Origin: Clostridia bacterium
GTDB lineage: Bacteria; Bacillota; Clostridia; UBA1212; UBA1255
Assembly: GCA_017560765.1 (NCBI GenBank)
Contig: JAFZEI010000053.1
Coordinates: 48-64,047 of the forward strand
Direction of reading: 5' to 3'
DNA length: 64,000 nt
The notes beneath the pieces were generated by a model. The model did not search any database and was not told where the DNA came from. It saw only the letters and a list, made by a program, of their open reading frames with translations. The position numbers were made by a program, and so were the translations under genes. Positions 40,834 to 49,585 of this stretch are shown piece by piece; within the stretch, counting starts at the first letter, position 1; the number at the start of each line of letters is the position of its first letter.

Positions 40834-43800
40834 TTATTTAGCCACAATCGTCACAGGCTGTGAGTAAATATGAACTGTATTTCCGTCTGTTAATTTATAT
40901 GCAAAACGGAATACAACTGTTGATGTTCCTGCTTTGCTAGCTGAAACACTTGAACCATTAAACGTAATGCCTGTATTACCGTCAACAACAACCATTTCCG
41001 CAGCTGTTGTTGCAGCAACTTTCTCTGCATAAGTTTTGGTGTATACAGGAACTGAAACTGAGCTGCCAACATTTACGCTGTATGATGTACTTGTTGTGTA
41101 CAATCTTTCAATGTAATTTGTAGCAAAGTCTGTTCTGTTCGTTGTTATGCCCCAAAGTCCCATCGCAAAGAAATTATCAAACGTTGCAGAGCTATCAATT
41201 GTGTATGGCCAAATGGTAAGACCTCTAAACGCACATTCTTTAAGATGTGTCTCTGTAAGTGCCTTATAGTTTGGATTGCAAGTAGAGTTATAATGAGTAT
41301 ACACTTTCAAAGCTTCTTCTACTGTAGGCATTTCTGCAAGCAAACCTGTAGATATACCGGGTATTAATTGTCTTACCTTATTAATCTGGGCGTGTTGGAA
41401 TGAAATAATACAACATTGGTCGAGAATGTCATATTTATCAATCAATGCCTTAATTGCAGGAACAATAGTACTCTTACTTGATTTGATTTCCAAATACATT
41501 ATCGTGTTAGTTCCCTTAAATGCCTTGAAATAATCCTCCAAAGTCGGAATCTTCTCCGAGAAACCGGAAAAGTAGTCTACTTTATACTTGCTAACCTGAG
41601 CATACGTCATATTCTCAAGAACACCGGTACCATTAGTTCTGGAATCAATTGTTTCATCATGCATTGCCATTACAACGCCGTCTGTTGTAATTTGAAGGTC
41701 CATTTCAACAATTGTTGCACCGTATTCAACTGCTTTTTGAGCACTTAATACAGTATTCTCAGGAGCTATTTTTCTATAGCCCATATGTCCAACTATGGCA
41801 GCCGGTCTGATCAATGATTTAGCTTTAAACAATGTACTGTTCTCAACGCAAGCTTCAAAGCCTGTTCTGTCTTCTACGAGAACACCTTGAGCCCCTGCAG
41901 TAATAAATTTATAGAATTCTGCATTATTGTTTTGTTCTGCCTTAAACCAAACTGTAGTCGCCAAATTTCTGAGCATTGTAGCATTTGTATCCGTAGCTAA
42001 TGCGGCAGGTAAAATAACGACTCTGCTACCGTAAGTATTTGCCTGCTCACGGGCAACAGAAATGTCTGTTATCGATGCTTTTGACAAATCATATATACCT
42101 CTTACATTTGTGTAAATAGAGCGCACTTGATTTATAAGCTTACCATTTGAAGCTACAATAAATACATCGTACAAGGCATTTGCGCCAAGATAATTTGCAA
42201 TTGCTGTAGCCTCTGCTGTTGTATCAATTCTAAATGCAGGAATTACACCACCGGCAAGTTCAAGGAACGCCTCGGGAATTGTACAAATAACATTATTGTT
42301 TTTATCCACAACATTTAAATTACCGTCTATTGACAATATAACTGTTGTAGGTGAATTTTTATGAATATTTGCAAAATCTTCTGCTGTTTCTACCTCAAAT
42401 GCCATTGTCGGAGGAAGTGCAATATTAGTGGTAAATTCTCTAACGTCAACTGATGTGGAAATATGAGGATAAACCTTATCAAAATCAATTGTAACACAGA
42501 TGTAATCTACAACTGCAGTTGCTCCTGAACTTGTCTGGAATCCAATATTTCCTCTTGTATAATCAGTAAATGCATTACTTACATTAAACAATTGTGTACC
42601 ACTGAGAGTTCCTACGGCATCGTCACCATAAACAGATAATAAAAATTGGTACATTTTGCTTGCACTGATAGTCTCCGTATATGATGTTTTGCCTTGATAT
42701 TCCCAACCGCCTGAGCTATTCATTTCAGCAAATTCCACACCGTTAGCAGCCTTTGCATTATTTCTGACAACAAATTGATAGAAAGGAAAATTGTTATTTT
42801 GTACACGGTGCATCAGAGAGAACCAGCGCGAGGAATCAGATGCTGTTTTTATTGTTGCACTTGCATCTATTGTATAATCGCCGAATTCCGATACATAAGA
42901 TGGCAAGAATACCTTTGTAGCAGCAGCAATGTTAAGAAGTCCGTTTGATACAGATACCGAGCCTTGCGTTACCGTAAGGTCATTCTTGTCAGCAGCTTCA
43001 TTGAAATCATTATAATACAAAACATACTTTCCGTCAGAAGGTTTCTTAACTACAAGATATATAACTTTCTTTAACAATCCGTGTGTTGCATTAAGTTTGT
43101 AAACACCGGCAGATGTAGCAGTAACCTTATCTTCACTGTCGATTGTAATCTCAGTAGAAGACCATTTTATTTGCTCTCCCGAATAAATCTTACCGTTTTG
43201 CGCAAATTGAACATTGTATCTGTCAAGATCCAATGCAAAACCAACCTCTGCAGGTATTGCAGGAGCATTAAAGAATACTGTTGTTTCCGCACCGCCGTTA
43301 ATCGAAACCTTAGTGATATCGTACTTCTTTGCGGCATTATCATCAAAAGTCCAAAGCTGTACGTTCGTTCCGTCTGCTGTTGAACCTGACACAATATCCA
43401 TTGAACAGTCATAAGCACAAACAGGTACGAATACATATTTGCCATCCTTGCTGTAAATGTTCCATTTTTGTGCATTGGAGCCTGTATACGCGTACGAAAT
43501 AACATTTGTTCCTGCTGTGGAACCTGAGTTCTTTGCAGCCAAATATTGACCGTTGCTTAAGTTAATCATGCTGTAAGTACCGTCTGCATTCTTCACAAAT
43601 CTCCAAATTTGACTTGCATCTGTTGTAGGCGTACTGATTACAACATTTGTATCTGATAATGTAAGATTTTTACCAACGCTCGATTCAGATATTCTTGCAT
43701 AGAAATCATCACCCAAATCAGCTTTATTGTTTGCATACAAGGAAATAAGCTTTGTATAAGCAAAAATGTTGTTAAAATCAACAGAAACCTTAATATAATC

Positions 43801-46800
43801 AAATTCAGCCGTAGAATCCGCAGTTTGAATACCAATATCACCTACAGCATAAGATGTGAAGGCAGATGATTCAAGTACCTTATTAGAATTAATATATCCT
43901 TTTGCGTTATTTCCGTATACCGATAATTTTAAGGAATACATCTTCGCTGCATCAATTTTCTCAGTATATGATGTTTTTCCTTGGTAACTCCAACCGCCGG
44001 CGCTGTTCATTTCCGCAAACTCAACACCATTTGCAACTGTTGCATCTCTTCTGATTGCAAATTGATAGAAAGGATAATTACTATTCTGTACTCTGTGCAT
44101 TAAAGACATCCATCTGGTGTTATTTGTGCTTGCTGTAATTGTAGCTTTAGCGTCAATTGTGTAATTACCAAATGTGCTGATATATGCGGGAAGTAAAATA
44201 ACCTTTGTACCTTTTACTATTAATCTGCCATTAGAAACAGATAATGTGCCTCCGCCGCTAATTACTCTGAAATCACTTAAATCACTGCTGCTGAAATCAT
44301 TATTGTAAAGAATATATTCTGAATCACTTGCATTTTTGGCAACGATGTATACTTTCTTCGTAGTGTTGCCTGCTTTTGCAGTCAATTCATGTACTCCGGC
44401 AACGGAAACTGTAACCTTACCATCAACTATTTGAAAACTTGATGATGTCCATGTAATTTCTGTATTGTGAGTAATACATGAATTTAGAGCAAATTGAACA
44501 TTATACTTGTTAAGGTCTATAACATCGCCAACATTTGCCGGAATGGCAGGAGTTGTATGCCATACAACATTTTCTTTATTGTCAGCAATCTCAACCTTTA
44601 TAATATTAAATCTCTTCGCATCGGAAAGATCATCATTATATGCCCATAATTGTATGTTTCCTCCGTTAGATGTAGTACCGCCGGAAACATCCATTGTAGC
44701 AGCATAGGAGCATGTAGGAACGATTACGTATGAACCATCAACATAATAGAAATCCCAATGTTGACCCTTTGAGCCTGTAAATGAATACGAATGAATATTT
44801 GTACCGTTTGCAGACTGAGAACTTGTTGCACATAAATATGTACCGTTCTTTTGGTTGCGAATCATATACGAACCGTTAGTTCTTTTAATAAATTCCCAAA
44901 TTTGACTACTGTCTCCTGTAGGCGTGCTTATCATTACATTATTATCAGAAGAAAGAGTCAAGTTCTTTCCGGCTTTGCTTTCTTCGATTCTGGCATAGAA
45001 ATGATCTCCAAGATCAACAGGCTTATTCTGATAGAGAGAAATAACTCTTGCATAACTGTAAACAGTATCAAAGTTTACAGAAACCTTTATGGAATCATAC
45101 TCAGCTGTGATATTTGATCCTGTACGGAATCCAATATCACCCACAGCATAATCTGTGTACGCATTAGAATTCAAAAGTTGTTTTGAATTAATAAATCCAC
45201 GCATATTGCTTTGATAAATATTTACTTTATAATCATAGAGCTTTGATGCATTAATCGCCTCAGTAAATGCAACTTTACCTTGATACTCAAATGTACCCGA
45301 GCTGTTCTTTTCAGAAAACTCCACACCATTAGAAGTATTTGCACCTTTTCTGATTGTCATTTGGTAGAAAGGATAATCCTTTTTCTGCACACGGAACATG
45401 ATTGTCTTAAATCTGTCTGCTGCAGTTGCAGAAGTAATTGTACCGCGAGCGTGAATCGAATAATCACCAAACTCGCCTACATACGCAGGAAGTAACACTC
45501 TCTTTGCATTTTTAATTACGAGACGTCCGCCTGATATGCTTACTGTACCTGCTCCGTCAATTACTCTTAATTCATTCAACTTAGATGCGCTGTTAAAATC
45601 GTTATAATATAAAACGTACTCGGAATCTGTTGCGTTTTTAGCAATTATATAAATAGACTTAGATGTGCTGCCTGACTTTGCAGTAAGCTTATATACGCCT
45701 GTACCCGGAATCGTTACCTTGCCATCTTTTATTGTTAAATCACTTGATGTCCATGTAATTGATGACTTATCTGTTATTTTTGATTTCAAACCAAATTGCA
45801 CATGATAACTTGTAAGATCAACAGTATCACCCTTATCGGCACCGATTGCAGGTGTAGTATACCAAATAACATTCTCTCTGTTATTTCCTATATCAACCTT
45901 TAAAATATCAAATTTTTTGCAATTATTGCCATCGTAAGTCCACAAATGTACATTTGTACCGTCGTTTTTACTGCCGCCGCGAACATCTAATGATGTTGAA
46001 TAAGCGCACTTGGGTACAAATACATAAGTGCCGTCAACCTCAAAGATGTACCATCTTTGTGAGTTTGAATTATTACTCTCTGCAACACTTATGTTTGTTC
46101 TGTTTGTTGCCAAACCTCCGTCAACATTCAACGAAGTACCTGTTGCCTGATTTACAATTCTGTATGTGCCATCTGTATTGCGATTGAACTTCCAAATTTG
46201 ATTGGTGGCTGATGTTGTTTTATTTGATACAACGTTTGTACCCGACAAAGCAACAGAAGTACCTAAATCACTATTGATTATTCTTGCGTAAAAACCATCG
46301 CCTATATCAGCAGGTTTCATTGTTTCTATGTCATTAACTTTGTTAATTGTAAACAACTGATTATTGCCGCCATTATACGTATAAATTTCAGCATTTACTC
46401 CAGCTTTAACTGTTAAGCCTTGCATTTCAAGTACACAAGAAGGTGCGCTTAACGGACGAAGCACGTAAATATCTGTACTGTACTTATGAATGTACCAGCA
46501 CTGTTCTCTGCCGCCGGAAACTTCCTTTAAACAAACATTTGTACCGGAAAGGTATGTATAGCTATCTAACGAAAGTGCAAGTCCAGTTATTTTACTGACA
46601 ATAGAATAAGAACCGTCACTTTTGCGAGTAAATTGCCATATTTGTGTAGCATCAAATGTTGTTGCTGTATCGAGAATAACATTTGTTCCCGCATAGTCCA
46701 AAACCAAACCGCTAAGACCTGTAATTCTTGCTTCAAAGCTATCTCCTAAATTCACATATGGTGCTGTTTGAGTTCTGAAAGACTCTTTCCAACCACTGTT

Positions 46801-47133
46801 TACAAAATGCTTCATGCCTTCTACATAGTTCTTTGCACCATATCCGTTAGCCAAATCGCTATTATTCTGCATGTAGTATTTTACACTAAAAATAGGGCTT
46901 CCCTGTCGACCTTCAGCAATACCATGATTGAAAAAGTGATTATACAATCCTGATGCTGTTGAGCCAAATCCCGGTATTACATCAGAACTATACTCTGCAT
47001 AGTAGTTTGGATCAAAAACTACGGATTTTCTTTCTGCAGGAATATAATCGGTTGCTGCTGTAACAGGAAATGCTGTAACAACAATAGCAAACACCAAAAC
47101 GAGTGAAAATAACCGTTTAAAATTTCCTTTCAT
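40834..47133 (-). CDS. Giant secreted lectin-phosphodiesterase, paralog C. Order: signal peptide; YY..HF..EGR double-repeat domain; ricin; 3x [ricin / Ig-like / ConA-like]; degenerate GDPD-like domain; GDPD domain; Ig-like domain
   Basis: 2099 aa. ATG at 47133 with a GAAAGGA RBS. Signal peptide MKGNFKRLFSLVLVFAIVVTAFPVTAA. GDPD motif GHMGYRKIAPENT...VEMDLQITTDGVVMAMHD. The C-terminal ~545 aa are closely similar to paralog B. Confidence 0.9.
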   Translation of the reverse strand: MKGNFKRLFSLVLVFAIVVTAFPVTAATDYIPAERKSVVFDPNYYAEYSSDVIPGFGSTASGLYNHFFNHGIAEGRQGSPIFSVKYYMQNNSDLANGYGAKNYVEGMKHFVNSGWKESFRTQTAPYVNLGDSFEARITGLSGLVLDYAGTNVILDTATTFDATQIWQFTRKSDGSYSIVSKITGLALSLDSYTYLSGTNVCLKEVSGGREQCWYIHKYSTDIYVLRPLSAPSCVLEMQGLTVKAGVNAEIYTYNGGNNQLFTINKVNDIETMKPADIGDGFYARIINSDLGTSVALSGTNVVSNKTTSATNQIWKFNRNTDGTYRIVNQATGTSLNVDGGLATNRTNISVAESNNSNSQRWYIFEVDGTYVFVPKCAYSTSLDVRGGSKNDGTNVHLWTYDGNNCKKFDILKVDIGNNRENVIWYTTPAIGADKGDTVDLTSYHVQFGLKSKITDKSSITWTSSDLTIKDGKVTIPGTGVYKLTAKSGSTSKSIYIIAKNATDSEYVLYYNDFNSASKLNELRVIDGAGTVSISGGRLVIKNAKRVLLPAYVGEFGDYSIHARGTITSATAADRFKTIMFRVQKKDYPFYQMTIRKGANTSNGVEFSEKNSSGTFEYQGKVAFTEAINASKLYDYKVNIYQSNMRGFINSKQLLNSNAYTDYAVGDIGFRTGSNITAEYDSIKVSVNFDTVYSYARVISLYQNKPVDLGDHFYARIEESKAGKNLTLSSDNNVMISTPTGDSSQIWEFIKRTNGSYMIRNQKNGTYLCATSSQSANGTNIHSYSFTGSKGQHWDFYYVDGSYVIVPTCSYAATMDVSGGTTSNGGNIQLWAYNDDLSDAKRFNIIKVEIADNKENVVWHTTPAIPANVGDVIDLNKYNVQFALNSCITHNTEITWTSSSFQIVDGKVTVSVAGVHELTAKAGNTTKKVYIVAKNASDSEYILYNNDFSSSDLSDFRVISGGGTLSVSNGRLIVKGTKVILLPAYISTFGNYTIDAKATITASTNNTRWMSLMHRVQNSNYPFYQFAIRRDATVANGVEFAEMNSAGGWSYQGKTSYTEKIDAAKMYSLKLSVYGNNAKGYINSNKVLESSAFTSYAVGDIGIQTADSTAEFDYIKVSVDFNNIFAYTKLISLYANNKADLGDDFYARISESSVGKNLTLSDTNVVISTPTTDASQIWRFVKNADGTYSMINLSNGQYLAAKNSGSTAGTNVISYAYTGSNAQKWNIYSKDGKYVFVPVCAYDCSMDIVSGSTADGTNVQLWTFDDNAAKKYDITKVSINGGAETTVFFNAPAIPAEVGFALDLDRYNVQFAQNGKIYSGEQIKWSSTEITIDSEDKVTATSAGVYKLNATHGLLKKVIYLVVKKPSDGKYVLYYNDFNEAADKNDLTVTQGSVSVSNGLLNIAAATKVFLPSYVSEFGDYTIDASATIKTASDSSRWFSLMHRVQNNNFPFYQFVVRNNAKAANGVEFAEMNSSGGWEYQGKTSYTETISASKMYQFLLSVYGDDAVGTLSGTQLFNVSNAFTDYTRGNIGFQTSSGATAVVDYICVTIDFDKVYPHISTSVDVREFTTNIALPPTMAFEVETAEDFANIHKNSPTTVILSIDGNLNVVDKNNNVICTIPEAFLELAGGVIPAFRIDTTAEATAIANYLGANALYDVFIVASNGKLINQVRSIYTNVRGIYDLSKASITDISVAREQANTYGSRVVILPAALATDTNATMLRNLATTVWFKAEQNNNAEFYKFITAGAQGVLVEDRTGFEACVENSTLFKAKSLIRPAAIVGHMGYRKIAPENTVLSAQKAVEYGATIVEMDLQITTDGVVMAMHDETIDSRTNGTGVLENMTYAQVSKYKVDYFSGFSEKIPTLEDYFKAFKGTNTIMYLEIKSSKSTIVPAIKALIDKYDILDQCCIISFQHAQINKVRQLIPGISTGLLAEMPTVEEALKVYTHYNSTCNPNYKALTETHLKECAFRGLTIWPYTIDSSATFDNFFAMGLWGITTNRTDFATNYIERLYTTSTSYSVNVGSSVSVPVYTKTYAEKVAATTAAEMVVVDGNTGITFNGSSVSASKAGTSTVVFRFAYKLTDGNTVHIYSQPVTIVAK
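41110..41808 (-). other. GDPD catalytic domain of paralog C
   Basis: Same signature as in B. The 43-nt stretch 41661-41703 is identical to 34518-34560. Confidence 0.75.
42472..46308 (-). repeat. Intragenic tandem array: 3 copies of the approx 1.29-kb lectin/Ig/ConA-like module
   Basis: Module starts (DIGDGF / DLGDHF / DLGDDF) are at 46308, 45015 and 43719. Segment 45341-45420 differs from B 39491-39570 at 4 of 80 nt by eye. Confidence 0.9.
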
Positions 47134-47168
47134 AATTTATTCCTTTCTATAGTTTATTAATTATAATA

Positions 47169-47196
47169 ATTTTAACATCTCAATATATTTTGTCAA
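47169..47196 (-). promoter_or_regulatory. Sigma-A-type promoter of paralog C (TTGACA-N16-TGtTAAAAT)
   Basis: On the minus strand: TTGACA (47196-47191), 16-nt spacer, TGT+TAAAAT (47177-47169). The -35 box begins 6 nt after the gpr stop codon. Confidence 0.5.
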
Positions 47197-47201
47197 CCAA
47201 A

Positions 47202-48116
47202 TTATATCAAATATTCATTGATTTCGTGTCTTCCAAAACCTCTGTGCACAGCAAGATTGAACCCTGATGCAACAACCTCAGCAATCCGATCAATGGCAAT
47301 GTCAATATTTTTAGGTGTTACAACCATATTTGCTATTGTGTCGTTTTCCAAAGGCTTAATATTATCATCATTATATAAATCTTTAACGAGAGTTAAAGCA
47401 TCAACGACAGTGGGAACACCTACTGCAATAACCGGTATTCCTAATGTCGTTTCCGAAAGCTCCATTCTATGATTTCCCACTCCGGAACCGGGAACAATAC
47501 CGGTATCTGAAATTTGTATTGTTGAATTCACTCTCGAAGCTTTTCTTGAAGCTAGCGCATCAATCACAAAAAGTATATCAGGTTTGACAGTTTCAATTAC
47601 TCCTTTAATTATATCTCCTGTTTCAATACCTGTTATACCCATAACACCGGGAATAATAGCGCAAACATTCCCAAGCCTTTCGTCAAATTTCAAGTCACTC
47701 ATATTCTTAACATGTCTCGTAACCACAATTTTATCTGCAACCTTCGGTCCCAGTGAATCAGCAGTTATATTTCTGTTACCTAAGCCGGCAATCATAATGC
47801 GAGGTTCTTCTATATCTATTGACTGAATTAATTCATAAATTTCATTTGAAAAAACTCTTGAAATATTTTCTTGTATATCATTAGTATCAAGTGAAGGATT
47901 TTTAATTTCAAGTGTAATATATTTCCCCATTTTTTTGCCTATTGTATGTTCAGCCTCTTTGCTTAATATCTCAATATCTGTTATATAAACGTATGGTGTG
48001 TCTCTTGTATTGACATACATTCCGTTTGGGAGCTTCCCCTTTTTTTGCATCTCTTCGGAACGCTCTTCATCTATCATCTCTCGTGCTTCAAGTGCTAAAT
48101 CAGTTCGTATAACCAT
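47202..48116 (-). CDS. gpr: Germination protease (spore endopeptidase GPR)
   Basis: MVIRTDLALEAREM... N-terminus, with IAGLGNRNITADSLGP and VIDALASR motifs typical of GPR/A25 peptidases. Confidence 0.92.
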   Translation of the reverse strand: MVIRTDLALEAREMIDEERSEEMQKKGKLPNGMYVNTRDTPYVYITDIEILSKEAEHTIGKKMGKYITLEIKNPSLDTNDIQENISRVFSNEIYELIQSIDIEEPRIMIAGLGNRNITADSLGPKVADKIVVTRHVKNMSDLKFDERLGNVCAIIPGVMGITGIETGDIIKGVIETVKPDILFVIDALASRKASRVNSTIQISDTGIVPGSGVGNHRMELSETTLGIPVIAVGVPTVVDALTLVKDLYNDDNIKPLENDTIANMVVTPKNIDIAIDRIAEVVASGFNLAVHRGFGRHEINEYLI

Positions 48117-48180
48117 AAAAATACTCCAATACTTTTTTATATATTTTCTCTTGCTTTTTTTATTTTATACAGAGTAACAT

Positions 48181-48208
48181 TTGACTAAAAAATTTTTAAG
48201 GTTATACT
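48181..48208 (+). promoter_or_regulatory. Sigma-A-type promoter for the small zinc-ribbon membrane protein gene
   Basis: TTGACT (48181-48186), 16-nt spacer, TATACT (48203-48208). GGAGG at 48226-48230, 7 nt before the ATG. Confidence 0.45.
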
Positions 48209-48237
48209 TACAGTAATAACATATTGGAGGTCTAAAA

Positions 48238-48630
48238 ATGAATTGGTTAAGACGTTTTATGTACGGCAGATATGGCTTAGACACATTATCAAAATTTCTT
48301 TTTGTATTATCTTTTATATTATATATTATCTTTGCAATACTCAGATTAGAGATTTTATTAATCATCCCCTTGGGTATTATTGGTTATACTTACTTTCGAT
48401 GCTTTTCGCGTAATATACAAAAAAGACATAACGAGAACATTAAATTTAATTTACTTATTAAACCTGTAAAAAACTTTTTCAACATCAAAAAAAGAATGTT
48501 TAAAGACAGGAAAACACATAAATACTTTAAATGTCCCCAATGCAAGCAATATTTGCGTGTGCCAAAAAATAAGGGCAAGCTCCAAGTAACTTGCCCTAAG
48601 TGTAAACAAACGATAATTGCAAAAACATAA
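48238..48630 (+). CDS. Small membrane protein with a C-terminal zinc ribbon
   Basis: 130 aa with two hydrophobic helices, then CPQCKQYLRVPKNKGKLQVTCPKCKQ (2x CxxC). Strong RBS and promoter. The antisense ORF 48390-48659 was rejected. Confidence 0.65.
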   Translation: MNWLRRFMYGRYGLDTLSKFLFVLSFILYIIFAILRLEILLIIPLGIIGYTYFRCFSRNIQKRHNENIKFNLLIKPVKNFFNIKKRMFKDRKTHKYFKCPQCKQYLRVPKNKGKLQVTCPKCKQTIIAKT

Positions 48631-48692
48631 GCTACATCTGCTACTTGAGTTTTACTCATGCTTTCCCATCCGAGAGGCGGATTAAAAAACTT

Positions 48693-49505
48693 CTATTTCA
48701 GCAATTTATTCCATGTGTTCATGCCTACTATGCCGTCGGCCACAATATTCTGTTTAGCTTGGAATGTCTTAACGGCTTTTTCCGTGCCCTCTCCAAACGC
48801 ACCATCTATATCCATATCATAATACCCCATTTGTTTTAGCAGTCTTTGGACTGTATAAATTTGAGGATTTTTCCTTAATTTTCCCTTTGATAACTGCAAT
48901 AATTCTACCATGATTGTTTTTTCATTTTCACCGGGAATTGTAGGATTTGTCTGTACGGAATTAATATATTCCACATACGGAATCAAACCGTGCTTTTTCC
49001 ACACTCGCTCATTGTATCCGCTTTGTAAGGCGATATTATCTACCGCTGTTATCTGCACACAATTATCCCATCTTGTTGTACATTCAACAGCCAAACCATC
49101 TCCTATATATATTCCGCAATGGCCTTCTGTCCATAAATATTCGCCAACTTCTATTTTATTAAAATCTTCGCTGATATTAGAGCATTGCTGCAACATTCCG
49201 TACTCTGTTACATCGGGCACACCGTTACTTTCATAAACCGCACCGCCATTAACACTGTTTATGCTGCCGTTCCAACCCCAAAGCACACCTTTAATAAGGC
49301 AAATGCAGTCAAATCCAAAATAACCCTGACCGACTAAGGTTCTTAATTCTTGCTGCCTTTTTGATGTGTACCAATTCGGCAACTGTTTTGTTTTTTGAGT
49401 AATAATGCTCTCTGTAATAGGCTGACCAAACATTCCGTTGGCATAAATTGTTTTATAATTTGTTGCTATATCAAGTAGCTTATTGGTGAATTCTTTGTTG
49501 TTCAA
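48693..49505 (-). CDS. NlpC/P60-like cell-wall hydrolase with a C-terminal PG_binding_1 domain; no signal peptide
   Basis: YFGFDCICLIKGV (nucleophile Cys) and EGHCGIYIGDGLAVECT (His) fit NlpC/P60. C-terminal VQRLLKQMGYYDMDIDGAFGEGTEKAVKTFQAKQNIVADGIVGMNTW fits PG_binding_1. TTG start, with GGAG 11 nt upstream. Confidence 0.75.
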   Translation of the reverse strand: MNNKEFTNKLLDIATNYKTIYANGMFGQPITESIITQKTKQLPNWYTSKRQQELRTLVGQGYFGFDCICLIKGVLWGWNGSINSVNGGAVYESNGVPDVTEYGMLQQCSNISEDFNKIEVGEYLWTEGHCGIYIGDGLAVECTTRWDNCVQITAVDNIALQSGYNERVWKKHGLIPYVEYINSVQTNPTIPGENEKTIMVELLQLSKGKLRKNPQIYTVQRLLKQMGYYDMDIDGAFGEGTEKAVKTFQAKQNIVADGIVGMNTWNKLLK

Positions 49506-49585
49506 ATTAATTCATTCTCCAAAAATATCGTTGATATAGTATATGAAAATGCAGAGCTGATGGTACTAATTGAATATAAATAATT

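Noticed and set aside
35329-46308. Regular ~1.29-kb periodic repeats, considered as a possible CRISPR array, satellite or mobile-element array.
   Set aside because: The period is far too long, and the repeats are in-frame protein modules within continuous ORFs. There are no short direct repeats with unique spacers and no cas, transposase or integrase genes in the window.
48117-48180. Sigma-F/G-type promoter upstream of gpr.
   Set aside because: Only loose similarity is present (GTATA...AAAATATA), with uncertain spacing. This is not strong enough to call from sequence alone.
48390-48659. 89-aa minus-strand ORF, plus 48165-48365 and 48645-48839, overlapping the zinc-ribbon membrane protein gene and the 3' end of the hydrolase gene.
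   Set aside because: The + strand gene has a consensus-like promoter, a GGAGG RBS and CxxC pairs. The others lack any start signals.
48631-48692. Possible terminator between the convergent zinc-ribbon gene and the hydrolase gene (atccg-agagg-cggat).
   Set aside because: The stem is only 5 bp, and no U-tract follows it on either strand.
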